Source: an archaeon (GTDB lineage Archaea; Nanobdellota; Nanobdellia; Pacearchaeales; GW2011-AR1). Taken from it: DNA of 64,000 bases. The stretch covers positions 1,700 to 65,699 of the forward strand of contig JABHNB010000007.1 in NCBI GenBank assembly GCA_018694115.1. Direction: 5' to 3'. A program made the translations under genes and the position numbers. Below the pieces are notes generated by a model. That model made no database searches. It was not told the DNA's origin and worked only from the letters and a program-made list of their open reading frames with translations. Of this stretch, positions 10,701 through 18,363 are shown piece after piece; position 1 is the stretch's first letter; each line of letters begins with the position of its first letter.

Positions 10701-10986
10701 TCATTTCCATTTTAACTGGAGCAGAATAAGTCAATTTTCTAAGTCGTGCTTCTGCAGGACTAATTGGTTTGGAGGAACCATCAGCTTCAACAATATTTGG
10801 CTTACCAACAGTAATCTTTCCTAAATTAATTTCAAAGTCTTCGTTCGGCAAAGCATCTGAAAGTTCAGTAACAATCTCTTGCATTCGCTTTCCAACGAAA
10901 TTATTAAACGATCGAATATTAGATTCCACAAGAGAGTGGTTATTCAAATACTCCTTAACTAAAACGTGATTTTTGTCTTTTGCCAT
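7720..10986 (-). CDS. rpoB: RNA polymerase subunit B (Rpo2, unsplit)
   Basis: GDKFSCPHGQKG, RLGEMEQQAL, C-terminal CSKC..CSLC. Confidence 0.98.
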   Translation of the reverse strand: MAKDKNHVLVKEYLNNHSLVESNIRSFNNFVGKRMQEIVTELSDALPNEDFEINLGKITVGKPNIVEADGSSKPISPAEARLRKLTYSAPVKMEMTINYAGQVETEDVQLGRIPIMIKSNSCNLADLNEEELIKNYIDPKDQGGYFLINGNERVMVMAEDLASNQTFIERQKVKNRLFLRLFSQRGAYKIPVSLVENPTGILEITFSRFRDIPAIILLKALGLTSDAEISKLIGKQTDSLIVNLFEFAGIANVNDALMDIAERSSLQGTNKEMLDRVKQRIDSYFLPHIGLDKASRLEKAKTLCKFIKQFYVAKEHPEDSMTDKDHYANKRVRLSGDLLADLFRVNINILLREIQHTLQKTVKRRKFYSIKTIAKSTLFTHRIESAIATGSWIGERTGVTQNMDKNNSFAIMSQLQRVSSTLPGEQENFAARTVHPTHFGRFCPIETPEGTEIGLRKNLALLARISTRVSIEHQEVLAVLEEAGLSQGEGKIDIFYNGRFIGVIDDPESFVNQVKEARRTSKLPMEMSVKYESFLDTVFLTSEIGRVLRPLIIVDSGVPRLKEEHLKLVADGSLDWNDLIKEGLIEYLDASEEDDCYIALDDESLTPEHTHLEIDQIDILGVSVSMIPYANHNPPARMVKGGSRAYRQGLGIYAGNFPVRVDTDVSILHYPQRPLVRSFVYDTLNVHPVGQNVVLAVMPHEGYNVEDAIVLNKASVDMGFARSSRFRPYVSVELNYAGGLKDEIMIPEKDVSGYRTEESYRFLEDDGIIYPEAEVIEGEVVIGKISPPKFLSEAREISIQTKKENSSAIKQEEHGTIDAVFVTQDKEGNKIIQVRTRELRIPELGDKFSCPHGQKGVVGLLANEEDIPFTANGVRPDMIFNPHGLPSRMTVAYLMDVLAGKVASLSGKVVDASPFSGETVDSLENQLKELGFRESGKEIMYHGVTGKKMPIKIFIGSMFYLKLKYMVADKVHARASGKIALLTRQPVEGRSRGGALRLGEMEQQALVGHGASLLLKERYDSDKVVVNICSKCGSLVIDDQIHNKKVCSLCHSNQVEPVEVSYAFKLLIEELQGLHLLTKFELKNKYDR

Positions 10987-11180
10987 TAAATAACAACACG
11001 GTGATAAACCTCGTCCTCCCTTTCTATTTTAACAATATCGCCTTTTTCACAACCTTCTGGCAATGAAGAATCCTTTTTAGAAACCTTAGGTAACTGTACC
11101 AGAGCTATGTTGAATTTCTTCAGAAGTTTTTCTACCTCTTCAGGTTTTAATTTTGTGTGTTTTGGTTGGAGGACGTGCAT
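10986..11180 (-). CDS. rpoH: RNA polymerase subunit H (Rpo5)
   Basis: HVLQPKHTKL...QLPKVSKKD...GDIVKIER; first gene of the rpoHBA operon. Confidence 0.93.
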   Translation of the reverse strand: MHVLQPKHTKLKPEEVEKLLKKFNIALVQLPKVSKKDSSLPEGCEKGDIVKIEREDEVYHRVVI

Positions 11181-11356
11181 TTTTACCTTTAGAATATTAA
11201 CTCTTTAGATATTCAAAACACAAAAAATGCCTTTAAAAACCTTTTGATTTTTGCCATTTTGTAGTAGTTCGGGTTAAAAATGCGACTAAAATCGCCCAAA
11301 ACTTAACTGGCGGGATTCCGAAGGGATTTGAACCCATTCACCCCCTGTTTCTTCAA

Positions 11357-11431
11357 TGGCCCCGAGGGGATTTGAACCCCCGACACCTGGATTAAAAGTC
11401 CAGTGCTCTAACCAGGCTGAGCTACGGAGCC
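11357..11431 (-). tRNA. tRNA-Lys(UUU)
   Basis: GGCTCCG TA GCTC..GAGC A CTGGA CT-TTT-AA TCCAG GTGTC GGGGG TTCAAAT CCCCT CGGGGCC A cloverleaf. Confidence 0.95.
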
Positions 11432-11562
11432 ATGATTTAATTATCAAAAGGCGATTTAAAAAAGTTTGTACCGGCAAAAACTCCCAAATATATACTACAT
11501 CTCCACAATAATTATAAACTCAAACTCCAAAGAACTATAGAAAAGAGGAGAAAAAGAGGAAA

Positions 11563-12414
11563 ATGAAATCAATCCACATTGTTGAAAAGACATTACCCGA
11601 AGCTTGGGAGCGTGCAGTTTTAGAAACCTGGGAAACTGGGGAAAGTTTCTCAACAGAGTATGATAAACCGGGGGACCCAAAAAGCAGAGATGTGGCCGCA
11701 ATGATTCACGTAAAACAACCTTTCTCTGAACCACGAATTCACCGAGCATTTCCTGGAGAGTTAAGCGACTTAGAGAAATATCGGCAAGAGGTACTTCATG
11801 GAGTTCATAATCACTGGGTAGATCCTGCCGCAGGAAAATGGGAATATACCTACCACGAAAGACTTTTCGAATATAATGTGCCCCAAGAAGGTCTTTTCGA
11901 TCAAGTTCAAGCAGTAATTAAAAAATTAAAGGAAGTCCCATTTACAAGGAGGGCACAGGCAGTTACTTGGAAAGTCTGGGAAGATATGGGAATTGATGAT
12001 CCTGCATGCCTACAAAGGATGTGGTTTAGAATTTCAGATGACAAATTAAACATGAACGTTCATATGCGTTCTAACGACGCCTACAAGGCGGGTTTCATGA
12101 ACATGCACGCCTTTACCGAACTCCAAAAAATGGTGGCAGAAGAAATCGGAGTAGAACCAGGAGAATATATCCACATCTCCGATTCATTTCATATTTATGG
12201 ATCCTACTTCAAGGATTTCGAAGGGTTCCTAAAAGAAGTCAAAAGCAGAAGTTTAGAAGACAAAACATATCACTCAGAGGATGTTGAATATTTCTTCGAT
12301 CAAGGGAGACTTGCCCTTCTAAAAGAATCAGACCTTCCAGAAAAACACAGAATAAGAATCTATAAAGAACTTCCCCAAGATCTTCAAGATCAATATAAGG
12401 AACTCGCAAGTTAA
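11563..12414 (+). CDS. thyA: Thymidylate synthase ThyA
   Basis: RRAQAVTW, DPACLQRMWF (catalytic Cys), MRSND, SDSFHIYG. Confidence 0.92.
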   Translation: MKSIHIVEKTLPEAWERAVLETWETGESFSTEYDKPGDPKSRDVAAMIHVKQPFSEPRIHRAFPGELSDLEKYRQEVLHGVHNHWVDPAAGKWEYTYHERLFEYNVPQEGLFDQVQAVIKKLKEVPFTRRAQAVTWKVWEDMGIDDPACLQRMWFRISDDKLNMNVHMRSNDAYKAGFMNMHAFTELQKMVAEEIGVEPGEYIHISDSFHIYGSYFKDFEGFLKEVKSRSLEDKTYHSEDVEYFFDQGRLALLKESDLPEKHRIRIYKELPQDLQDQYKELAS

Positions 12415-12431
12415 ATATCTCTCATCAAAAA

Positions 12432-13466
12432 TCACTGATTACTATATTGTTGAATCTCATCAAATAAAGTTTCAAATTTAACACCCGCTTTTGCCAACAT
12501 CTCTTCAGATTCAGAACCCGAATGATAATGTCGCTCACAGACAACTCTCTTTATTCCAGCATTAATAATCATCATTGCACAAACAGTACACGGAGTCATA
12601 CGACAATAAAGTGTAGCTCCATCAATTGGAACCCCAAACTTTGCAGCCTGACAAATTGCGTTTTGTTCTGCATGAGTTGTTCGGACACAATGCTTAGACT
12701 CTCGACCGTCTTCATGAATAACACTTTTCATCTGGTGCCCTATCTCGTCACAATGGGGTAAGCCTTTTGGAGATCCAACATATCCGGTGACTAAAATTTG
12801 CTTGTCTCTAACAATCACACACCCACTCCTGCCCCTACCACAAGTCGCCCTACGAGAAACTGCCTGCGCAATTTCAACAAAATATTCATCCCAGCTAGGA
12901 CGAGAAACTTTCATTTCAATATCTGTATAAAGTTTCTCGATTTTTTCCTCGACCTCTTCAAGGGTCCCCTCATTTATCAAAACAAATTTAGCCCTAGACA
13001 TACACTTCCCAACACCCTGCCCAGAACTCTTTTCCCCGACACCCTTGTCCTTACTATCAATCTTATGAAAATCGTCAATCGTCACAGGATCACTCTCACG
13101 GTTTCGACCAACCATTCTCTTAAATCGGATTTCTTCAGAAGCATCAACAGAAACTAAGAAAAAATTCTTCATCTTCTCTAATTCCTTAACCTCTGCAGGA
13201 TTTCTAATTCCGTCAACAATTGCCTTTTTGTATTCCTGATTAATAATTTTATCAATGGCAACCTTCGCTAAAACTGCAGTTCCCCGCTCTTCTCGAAGCT
13301 GATTACCCAGATTTTGCAAATTACTTCGAGTAAGTTCAATCTTCCTCTCCTTTGCTATTTGCCTTAGTTCATCCGATAAAGAAATGTAAACAAACCCCTT
13401 CTTTTTCAAAAAACTTGCAACAACCCCCTTCCCAGAAGCTAAGCTGCCCGTCAACCCCACTATCAT
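12432..13466 (-). CDS. P-loop kinase-like (CoaE/AAA_18-type) domain fused to dCMP deaminase
   Basis: N-terminal GLTGSLASGKG Walker A; C-terminal RPSWDEYF..HAEQNAI..PCTVC deaminase motifs. Start taken at MIVG (13466). Confidence 0.88.
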   Translation of the reverse strand: MIVGLTGSLASGKGVVASFLKKKGFVYISLSDELRQIAKERKIELTRSNLQNLGNQLREERGTAVLAKVAIDKIINQEYKKAIVDGIRNPAEVKELEKMKNFFLVSVDASEEIRFKRMVGRNRESDPVTIDDFHKIDSKDKGVGEKSSGQGVGKCMSRAKFVLINEGTLEEVEEKIEKLYTDIEMKVSRPSWDEYFVEIAQAVSRRATCGRGRSGCVIVRDKQILVTGYVGSPKGLPHCDEIGHQMKSVIHEDGRESKHCVRTTHAEQNAICQAAKFGVPIDGATLYCRMTPCTVCAMMIINAGIKRVVCERHYHSGSESEEMLAKAGVKFETLFDEIQQYSNQ

Positions 13467-13517
13467 GCAACCGAAAATCAAAACCGCTTTATAAAAACTA
13501 TTACACTTCAGAATATA

Positions 13518-13955
13518 TTAGGAGATATTGCTCCCACCAGTGCTCCCAAAAGCACCATCTCCCCGAATACTATCTTCAAGTTCTTCAACTTCTTCAATCT
13601 CTGCCGTAGCGATAGGTTGAATAAGAACTTGAGCAATCTTATCGCCCGCATTAATCACAAAATCCTCTTCTCCAGTGTTCAAAACAATCACCCCATATTC
13701 TCCGCGATAAGTATGTTCAACAACGCCCCCCAAAATACAAATTCCTTTCTTTACTGCTAAACCACTCTTCCCCCGAATTGATGAAAAATAACCTTTAGGA
13801 TATTCCATTGAAATTCCGGTTGAAATCAGCTGCCTTTTTCCTGCAGGAACAATATAATTTTCCACAGAAAAGAGATCCATTCCGGCATCCCCCACGTGAG
13901 CATAAGAAGGAATAATGGCATTCTCTTTCAATTTCTTAATTTTTAATATCACCAT
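13518..13955 (-). CDS. dut: Trimeric dUTPase
   Basis: DAGMDL, RGKSGLA, YRGE, GDKIAQ, RGDGAFGSTG motifs. Confidence 0.96.
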   Translation of the reverse strand: MVILKIKKLKENAIIPSYAHVGDAGMDLFSVENYIVPAGKRQLISTGISMEYPKGYFSSIRGKSGLAVKKGICILGGVVEHTYRGEYGVIVLNTGEEDFVINAGDKIAQVLIQPIATAEIEEVEELEDSIRGDGAFGSTGGSNIS

Positions 13956-14661
13956 CTCTTAACACCATTCTCCGAGCAACATCATCAATCTGATTAATAA
14001 CAATCTTATCCCCACATTCAAGGTTTATCGAATCCCGATTATTATCAGAAACCATAATCCCCACCCCCCGAGTTATCTCGATCTCAATTTCATCCCCCGA
14101 AGATAAAAACAATGGGTCATGGGCCTTAGTGGTATTATTGAAAGCCACCCCAATACCTTCCTCAAAAGATTTTTGAACAATCGAGTAGAAATACGCTCCC
14201 CGAGAGGAACCATAAGCAGTAGAAATCACCAACCCGTCTCCGATTAAAACGTCGCCCCAATCTCCGCCATTGATACGGTACTTAAACCTAATAGCCTCCG
14301 TAGGCAATGAATTTCGAATTACGACATCGTTTAATCCCACTAAAGAACGAAACTCAAACCGCCCCCTACAAACTGCCTTTAATTTATTAATTTCTTGAAC
14401 ATCATACTTTCCTTCAAGATATAACTTCACAATTTGACATGCATCTAAGTCCTGTGCCTTATTCCCAATCTCACTGTCCCGAATTAATATCTTAGGAACT
14501 CCTGGAAAAATCCTTTCAGCAATCAAAAAAATCCCGTCGCCACCATAAGAAATAACCAGGTCTGGATCAGACTCAACATACTCCAATCCATGCTCTGCTA
14601 ACTGGGCACGCATCTTCTCAGCCTTCTCAGGATCTTTTCCCACAATATGAATTTTTTTCAT
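13936..14661 (-). CDS. NAD(+) kinase
   Basis: SYGGDG, LNDVV, GDGLVISTAYGS motifs; overlaps the dut start. Confidence 0.8.
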   Translation of the reverse strand: MKKIHIVGKDPEKAEKMRAQLAEHGLEYVESDPDLVISYGGDGIFLIAERIFPGVPKILIRDSEIGNKAQDLDACQIVKLYLEGKYDVQEINKLKAVCRGRFEFRSLVGLNDVVIRNSLPTEAIRFKYRINGGDWGDVLIGDGLVISTAYGSSRGAYFYSIVQKSFEEGIGVAFNNTTKAHDPLFLSSGDEIEIEITRGVGIMVSDNNRDSINLECGDKIVINQIDDVARRMVLRDGDIKN

Positions 14662-14695
14662 AAAAATAAAGGAGATTTAGGATTTATTAACCTTT

Positions 14696-15400
14696 TCAAA
14701 CCCTCAACCTCACGTCCTCAAAGTAATTATCCGCCACCTTCTTCAAGCCCTTCAAGTAATACTCAGAGATATCTCGTTCCCTTGTAAAACTCTCTTCAAT
14801 CATATCGCCATCACCTACCTTAAATCCCTGGAGAAAAAGCTTCTTGGGCTTTCCACCACAAACCTCCCCAATCCATTCACCCATTCTTTTGATCTCCACA
14901 CTATCATGGACTGGACCAATAATCGTTGTCCTAAATTCATAATTAGGCAATCCCGAAACAATCTTAATCGACTCTTCAATTTTCCCAATATCGACGGCAA
15001 CACCTGCAACACCAGAATAATTTTCTTTTGATGCCTTAATATCCATAGCGACATAATCCACCAATCCCAAATCGATAAGGTTCTTTAGTCGACCAGGAAA
15101 ACTACCATTAGTGTCAATCTTAATTTTATAGCCCATATCTTTGATCTTCCGAATAAAACTAATATCCAAACTCATCAAGGGTTCACCCCCAGAGATACAA
15201 ACAGCATCAAGTTTGCCTTTCCGCTTTTTCAAAAAATCCAAAACCTCTCCGACAGAAAACTCCCCCCCATCATCACGAATAACAAGACCCGGATTATAAC
15301 AAAATCCACAACGGAAGTTACATCCAAATAAAAAAACCGTACAAGCGACTTCGCCGGGATAATCAATCAAAGTCATCTTTTGTAAGCCGGAAATTTTCAT
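14696..15400 (-). CDS. nrdG: Anaerobic ribonucleotide reductase activating enzyme (radical SAM)
   Basis: MKISGLQKMTLIDYPG..GCNFRCGFCYN (CxxxCxxC), SGGEP, DTNGS. Start taken at MKISG (15400). Confidence 0.93.
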   Translation of the reverse strand: MKISGLQKMTLIDYPGEVACTVFLFGCNFRCGFCYNPGLVIRDDGGEFSVGEVLDFLKKRKGKLDAVCISGGEPLMSLDISFIRKIKDMGYKIKIDTNGSFPGRLKNLIDLGLVDYVAMDIKASKENYSGVAGVAVDIGKIEESIKIVSGLPNYEFRTTIIGPVHDSVEIKRMGEWIGEVCGGKPKKLFLQGFKVGDGDMIEESFTRERDISEYYLKGLKKVADNYFEDVRLRV

Positions 15401-15439
15401 ATTAAAAAAATAAAAATGGGGATTAAACCCCAATAAAAA

Positions 15440-15562
15440 CTAGCAATCTCCGGAAAACATTTTCCGATCCCCGAACTCTGCAAGCTTTCCTTCATTCCAT
15501 CGAGCAGTAGGCCTCAAATAGCCACAAACCCGACTCCACACCTCACATTTCGTTCTTCCCAT
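15440..15562 (-). CDS. Stand-alone 40-aa NrdD glycyl-radical peptide (not in the ORF track)
   Basis: MGRTKCEVWSRVCGYLRPTARWNEGKLAEFGDRKMFSGDC*; RVCGY is the class III RNR glycyl-radical motif; SD GGAGGTGA (plus strand 15571-15578) lies 8 nt before the ATG. Confidence 0.88.
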   Translation of the reverse strand: MGRTKCEVWSRVCGYLRPTARWNEGKLAEFGDRKMFSGDC

Positions 15563-17723
15563 TTTCAATATCACCTCCATCATTTAGTTGAGAATCTGAA
15601 ACCTTTGGGACACTTGAGGCAACTAGTAATCCTTCACCAACAACCTCTGGAACTCGACCACCCTCACCACCAAGAGAAATATCATCAGAAACAGAAACCG
15701 GAGAAGAGACGTGAGACTCAGCTTCCGCAATTTCTGCATCACACTTTGGACAGTACTCATGCTCTCCAGCCAGATATCCATGAACCGGACAAATTGAGAA
15801 AGTTGGAGTAATTGTAAAATAGGGCAAATGATAATTATTAGAGATTTTCCGAACCATTGTTTTAACGGCCTCCTTGTCTAGTTTCTCTCCAACAAAAGTA
15901 TGGAACACTGTTCCCCCCGTATATTTACATTGAAGTTCATCTTGTAAATCTAATGCCGCAAAAGCATCTGCAGTAAAATCAACAGGTAATTGCGTGGAAT
16001 TTGTATAGTAGGGTTTAGCTCCATTTTGATACGCGTCTTCATTCGCAACCAAAATTCTTCCAAATCTCTTTTTGTCCACCCTAGCGAACCGATAGGTTGT
16101 ACCTTCCCCAGGAGTAGCTTCTAAATTGTAAATATTTCCGGTTTCAGTCTGATATCCCTCAAGTTTCTCCCTCATAAAATCAAGAACCTTAACACTAAAT
16201 GCTTTTCCCTTAACTGTCGTAATATCTTCTCCGGGAATAAAATTACTGATAGACTCATTCATCCCAAGTAACCCAATCGTAGAAAAATGATTCTTCCAGT
16301 ATTTTTCAAATCTTTGGTGAACTTGTCTAAGATAAAACTTGGTGTACGGATAAAGTCCAACGTCCGTAAACTTTTCAATAGCCTTTCGCTTAATTTCTAA
16401 ACTTTCTTTTGCAAGCTCCATTAATCGGTCAAGCCTAGCAAAAAAATCATGCTCGGTTGTCGAAACAAAACCAAGTCTTGGCATATTGATTGTGACAACC
16501 CCAATTGAACCAGTCTGGGGATTAGAACCAAACAAACCCCCTCCCCGTTTCCTCAACATAGTATTATCTAAACGCAGCCTACAACACATGCTTCGAGCAT
16601 CTTCAGGCTTCATATCTGAATTAACAAAGTTCGAAAAATAAGGAATCCCATACTTGGCAGTCATTTCCCAAATTAAATCAAAGTCCGGATTATTCCAATC
16701 GAAATTCTTTGTTATATTATAGGTTGGAATTGGGAATGTAAAAACTCTTCCAGAAGCATCTCCTTCAAGCATACACTCTGCAAAAGCTTTATTTATCATC
16801 TTCATCTCTTCGGGGAAATCATTATAGGTCTCAGTCTGTGGTTGACCCCCCACAATAACATGTTCCTCCCGCATATAACTAGGAACTTCAAGATCCATGG
16901 TAACATTAGTAAATGGGGTTTGGAAACCGACTCGTGTAGGAACTGCCAAATTAAAAACAAATTCTTGCATCGTCTGTTTTACCTGTTTATAATCAAGATT
17001 ATCATACCTAATGAAAGGGGCCAGCAAGGTATCAAAATTAGAAAATGCCTGAGCACCAGCAGTCTCTCCTTGCAAAGTATAAAAGAAGTTAACAATCTGT
17101 CCTAGGGCAGTTCTAAGATGCTTAGCCGGCTTTGATTGAACCTTACCCTTAACCCCTGTAAAACCTACAGTCAACAGATCCTTCAAATCCCATCCAACAC
17201 AATAAGCTCCCAAAGTTCCAAGATCATGAACATGTAAATCTCCAGCTTCATGAACCTTACGAATAGCTTCGGGATAAATACGACGCATCCAATAATTAGT
17301 AATAATCTTCGTAGCAATATAATTGTTCAATCCCTGCAGCGAAAAACCCATATTCGAATTCTCTTTAACCATCCAATCATTAAGTCCGACATAATCTTCA
17401 ACAGCCTCAATAGTATCAAAAAGTCCCTTAACGCTTCTTAACTCATCATGAGTCTTACGGTACAGAATATATGCCTTAGCAACCTTTGCATGTCCTTCTT
17501 CAATTAAAATCTTCTCAACTAAATCCTGTACTTCTTCAACATCCGGAATCCCATGCTCCCCATGAATCTTATTCAAGGTCTCTAAAACAGAATTAGCCAA
17601 TGCCTCAGTTCTCTCACGATCTCTCCCACCTACGGCCCTCGCCGCATTCCAGATCGCATCAGCAATCTTATCTCTCTGGAAAAGCACAACGCTTCCATCT
17701 CTTTTTCTAACTTTTGTCACCAT
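15543..17723 (-). CDS. nrdD: Class III anaerobic ribonucleotide reductase, large polypeptide (ATP cone; no glycyl-radical loop)
   Basis: N-terminal ATP cone VRKRDGSV, GAYCVGW, RSMCCRLR finger loop, QCKYTGGTV, Zn site ICPVHGY..YCPKC; ends in an acidic low-complexity tail with no RxxGY. Confidence 0.95.
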   Translation of the reverse strand: MVTKVRKRDGSVVLFQRDKIADAIWNAARAVGGRDRERTEALANSVLETLNKIHGEHGIPDVEEVQDLVEKILIEEGHAKVAKAYILYRKTHDELRSVKGLFDTIEAVEDYVGLNDWMVKENSNMGFSLQGLNNYIATKIITNYWMRRIYPEAIRKVHEAGDLHVHDLGTLGAYCVGWDLKDLLTVGFTGVKGKVQSKPAKHLRTALGQIVNFFYTLQGETAGAQAFSNFDTLLAPFIRYDNLDYKQVKQTMQEFVFNLAVPTRVGFQTPFTNVTMDLEVPSYMREEHVIVGGQPQTETYNDFPEEMKMINKAFAECMLEGDASGRVFTFPIPTYNITKNFDWNNPDFDLIWEMTAKYGIPYFSNFVNSDMKPEDARSMCCRLRLDNTMLRKRGGGLFGSNPQTGSIGVVTINMPRLGFVSTTEHDFFARLDRLMELAKESLEIKRKAIEKFTDVGLYPYTKFYLRQVHQRFEKYWKNHFSTIGLLGMNESISNFIPGEDITTVKGKAFSVKVLDFMREKLEGYQTETGNIYNLEATPGEGTTYRFARVDKKRFGRILVANEDAYQNGAKPYYTNSTQLPVDFTADAFAALDLQDELQCKYTGGTVFHTFVGEKLDKEAVKTMVRKISNNYHLPYFTITPTFSICPVHGYLAGEHEYCPKCDAEIAEAESHVSSPVSVSDDISLGGEGGRVPEVVGEGLLVASSVPKVSDSQLNDGGDIENGKNEM

Positions 17724-17740
17724 CTTTTTATTTTAATTTT

Positions 17741-18181
17741 TTATTTTAATTTTTTAAGTTCATCTCTGAACTCGTCAATATCCGCAAAGTCTCTGTAAAC
17801 TGCCGCAAATCGAATATACGCCACCTTGTCAACTTTTTTCAGCTTATCCATGACAATCTGACCAACCTTTGAACTTGGAATATCCTTATCTTTTGCAACC
17901 CGATAGACCCTTGCCGCAATGTCATCAACAATTTGATCGATCTGTTCACTTGTAAACGGCCTCTTTTCAAGATTTTTTGAAACCCCGATATATAACTTCT
18001 CACGATTAAACTTTTCCCGCCTACCATCTTTTTTAGTAAGATTCAAGTCAAGCTCAACTCGCTCATAAGTTGTAAACCGCTTACCACATTTCAAACACTC
18101 ACGCCTTCGCCGAGTAACTGCCTGACTATCTCTCTTATCTGTAACTTTAGTCTCCGCAGCATTGCAATATGGGCATAACAT
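17741..18181 (-). CDS. nrdR: Transcriptional repressor NrdR
   Basis: MLCPYC..RRRRECLKCGKRFTTYE Zn ribbon, ATP cone KKDGRREKFNREKL, DKVAYIRFAAVYRDF. Start at 18181. Confidence 0.95.
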   Translation of the reverse strand: MLCPYCNAAETKVTDKRDSQAVTRRRRECLKCGKRFTTYERVELDLNLTKKDGRREKFNREKLYIGVSKNLEKRPFTSEQIDQIVDDIAARVYRVAKDKDIPSSKVGQIVMDKLKKVDKVAYIRFAAVYRDFADIDEFRDELKKLK

Positions 18182-18203
18182 CTTTTTTGTAATTTTACAA
18201 TGA

Positions 18204-18251
18204 ATACAAGATATTGTATCTCGCACCCCTTTTTTCCACAATTGCTTGTGG
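18204..18251 (-). promoter_or_regulatory. Tandem NrdR boxes
   Basis: ATACAAGATATTGTAT (18204-18219; 13/16 match to acaCwAtATaTwGtgt) and CCACAATTGCTTGTGG (18236-18251; 11/16), 32 bp start to start. Confidence 0.8.
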
Positions 18252-18277
18252 TTGTAAGCTAACATAGAACTGTCGAC

Positions 18278-18285
18278 TATATAAA
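18278..18285 (-). promoter_or_regulatory. Archaeal TATA box of the nrdR-nrdD-peptide-nrdG operon
   Basis: TTTATATA on the minus strand, about 27 bp upstream of the distal NrdR box. Confidence 0.6.
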
Positions 18286-18363
18286 GATTATTATGATAAA
18301 AGCTATAGATCCGTTAACGATTGTTAACAAAGTAAACCGACCGTTACTTTTTCATAATGATTA

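Noticed and set aside
14696-15433. nrdG start at 15433 and nrdR start at 18265 as given in the track
   Set aside because: Homology begins at MKISG (15400) and MLCPYC (18181); the longer nrdR start would run through the NrdR boxes.
15555-15580. Programmed ribosomal frameshift joining NrdD to the glycyl-radical peptide
   Set aside because: No classical slippery heptamer seen, and a perfect SD with ATG supports independent initiation. Not fully excluded without proteomics.
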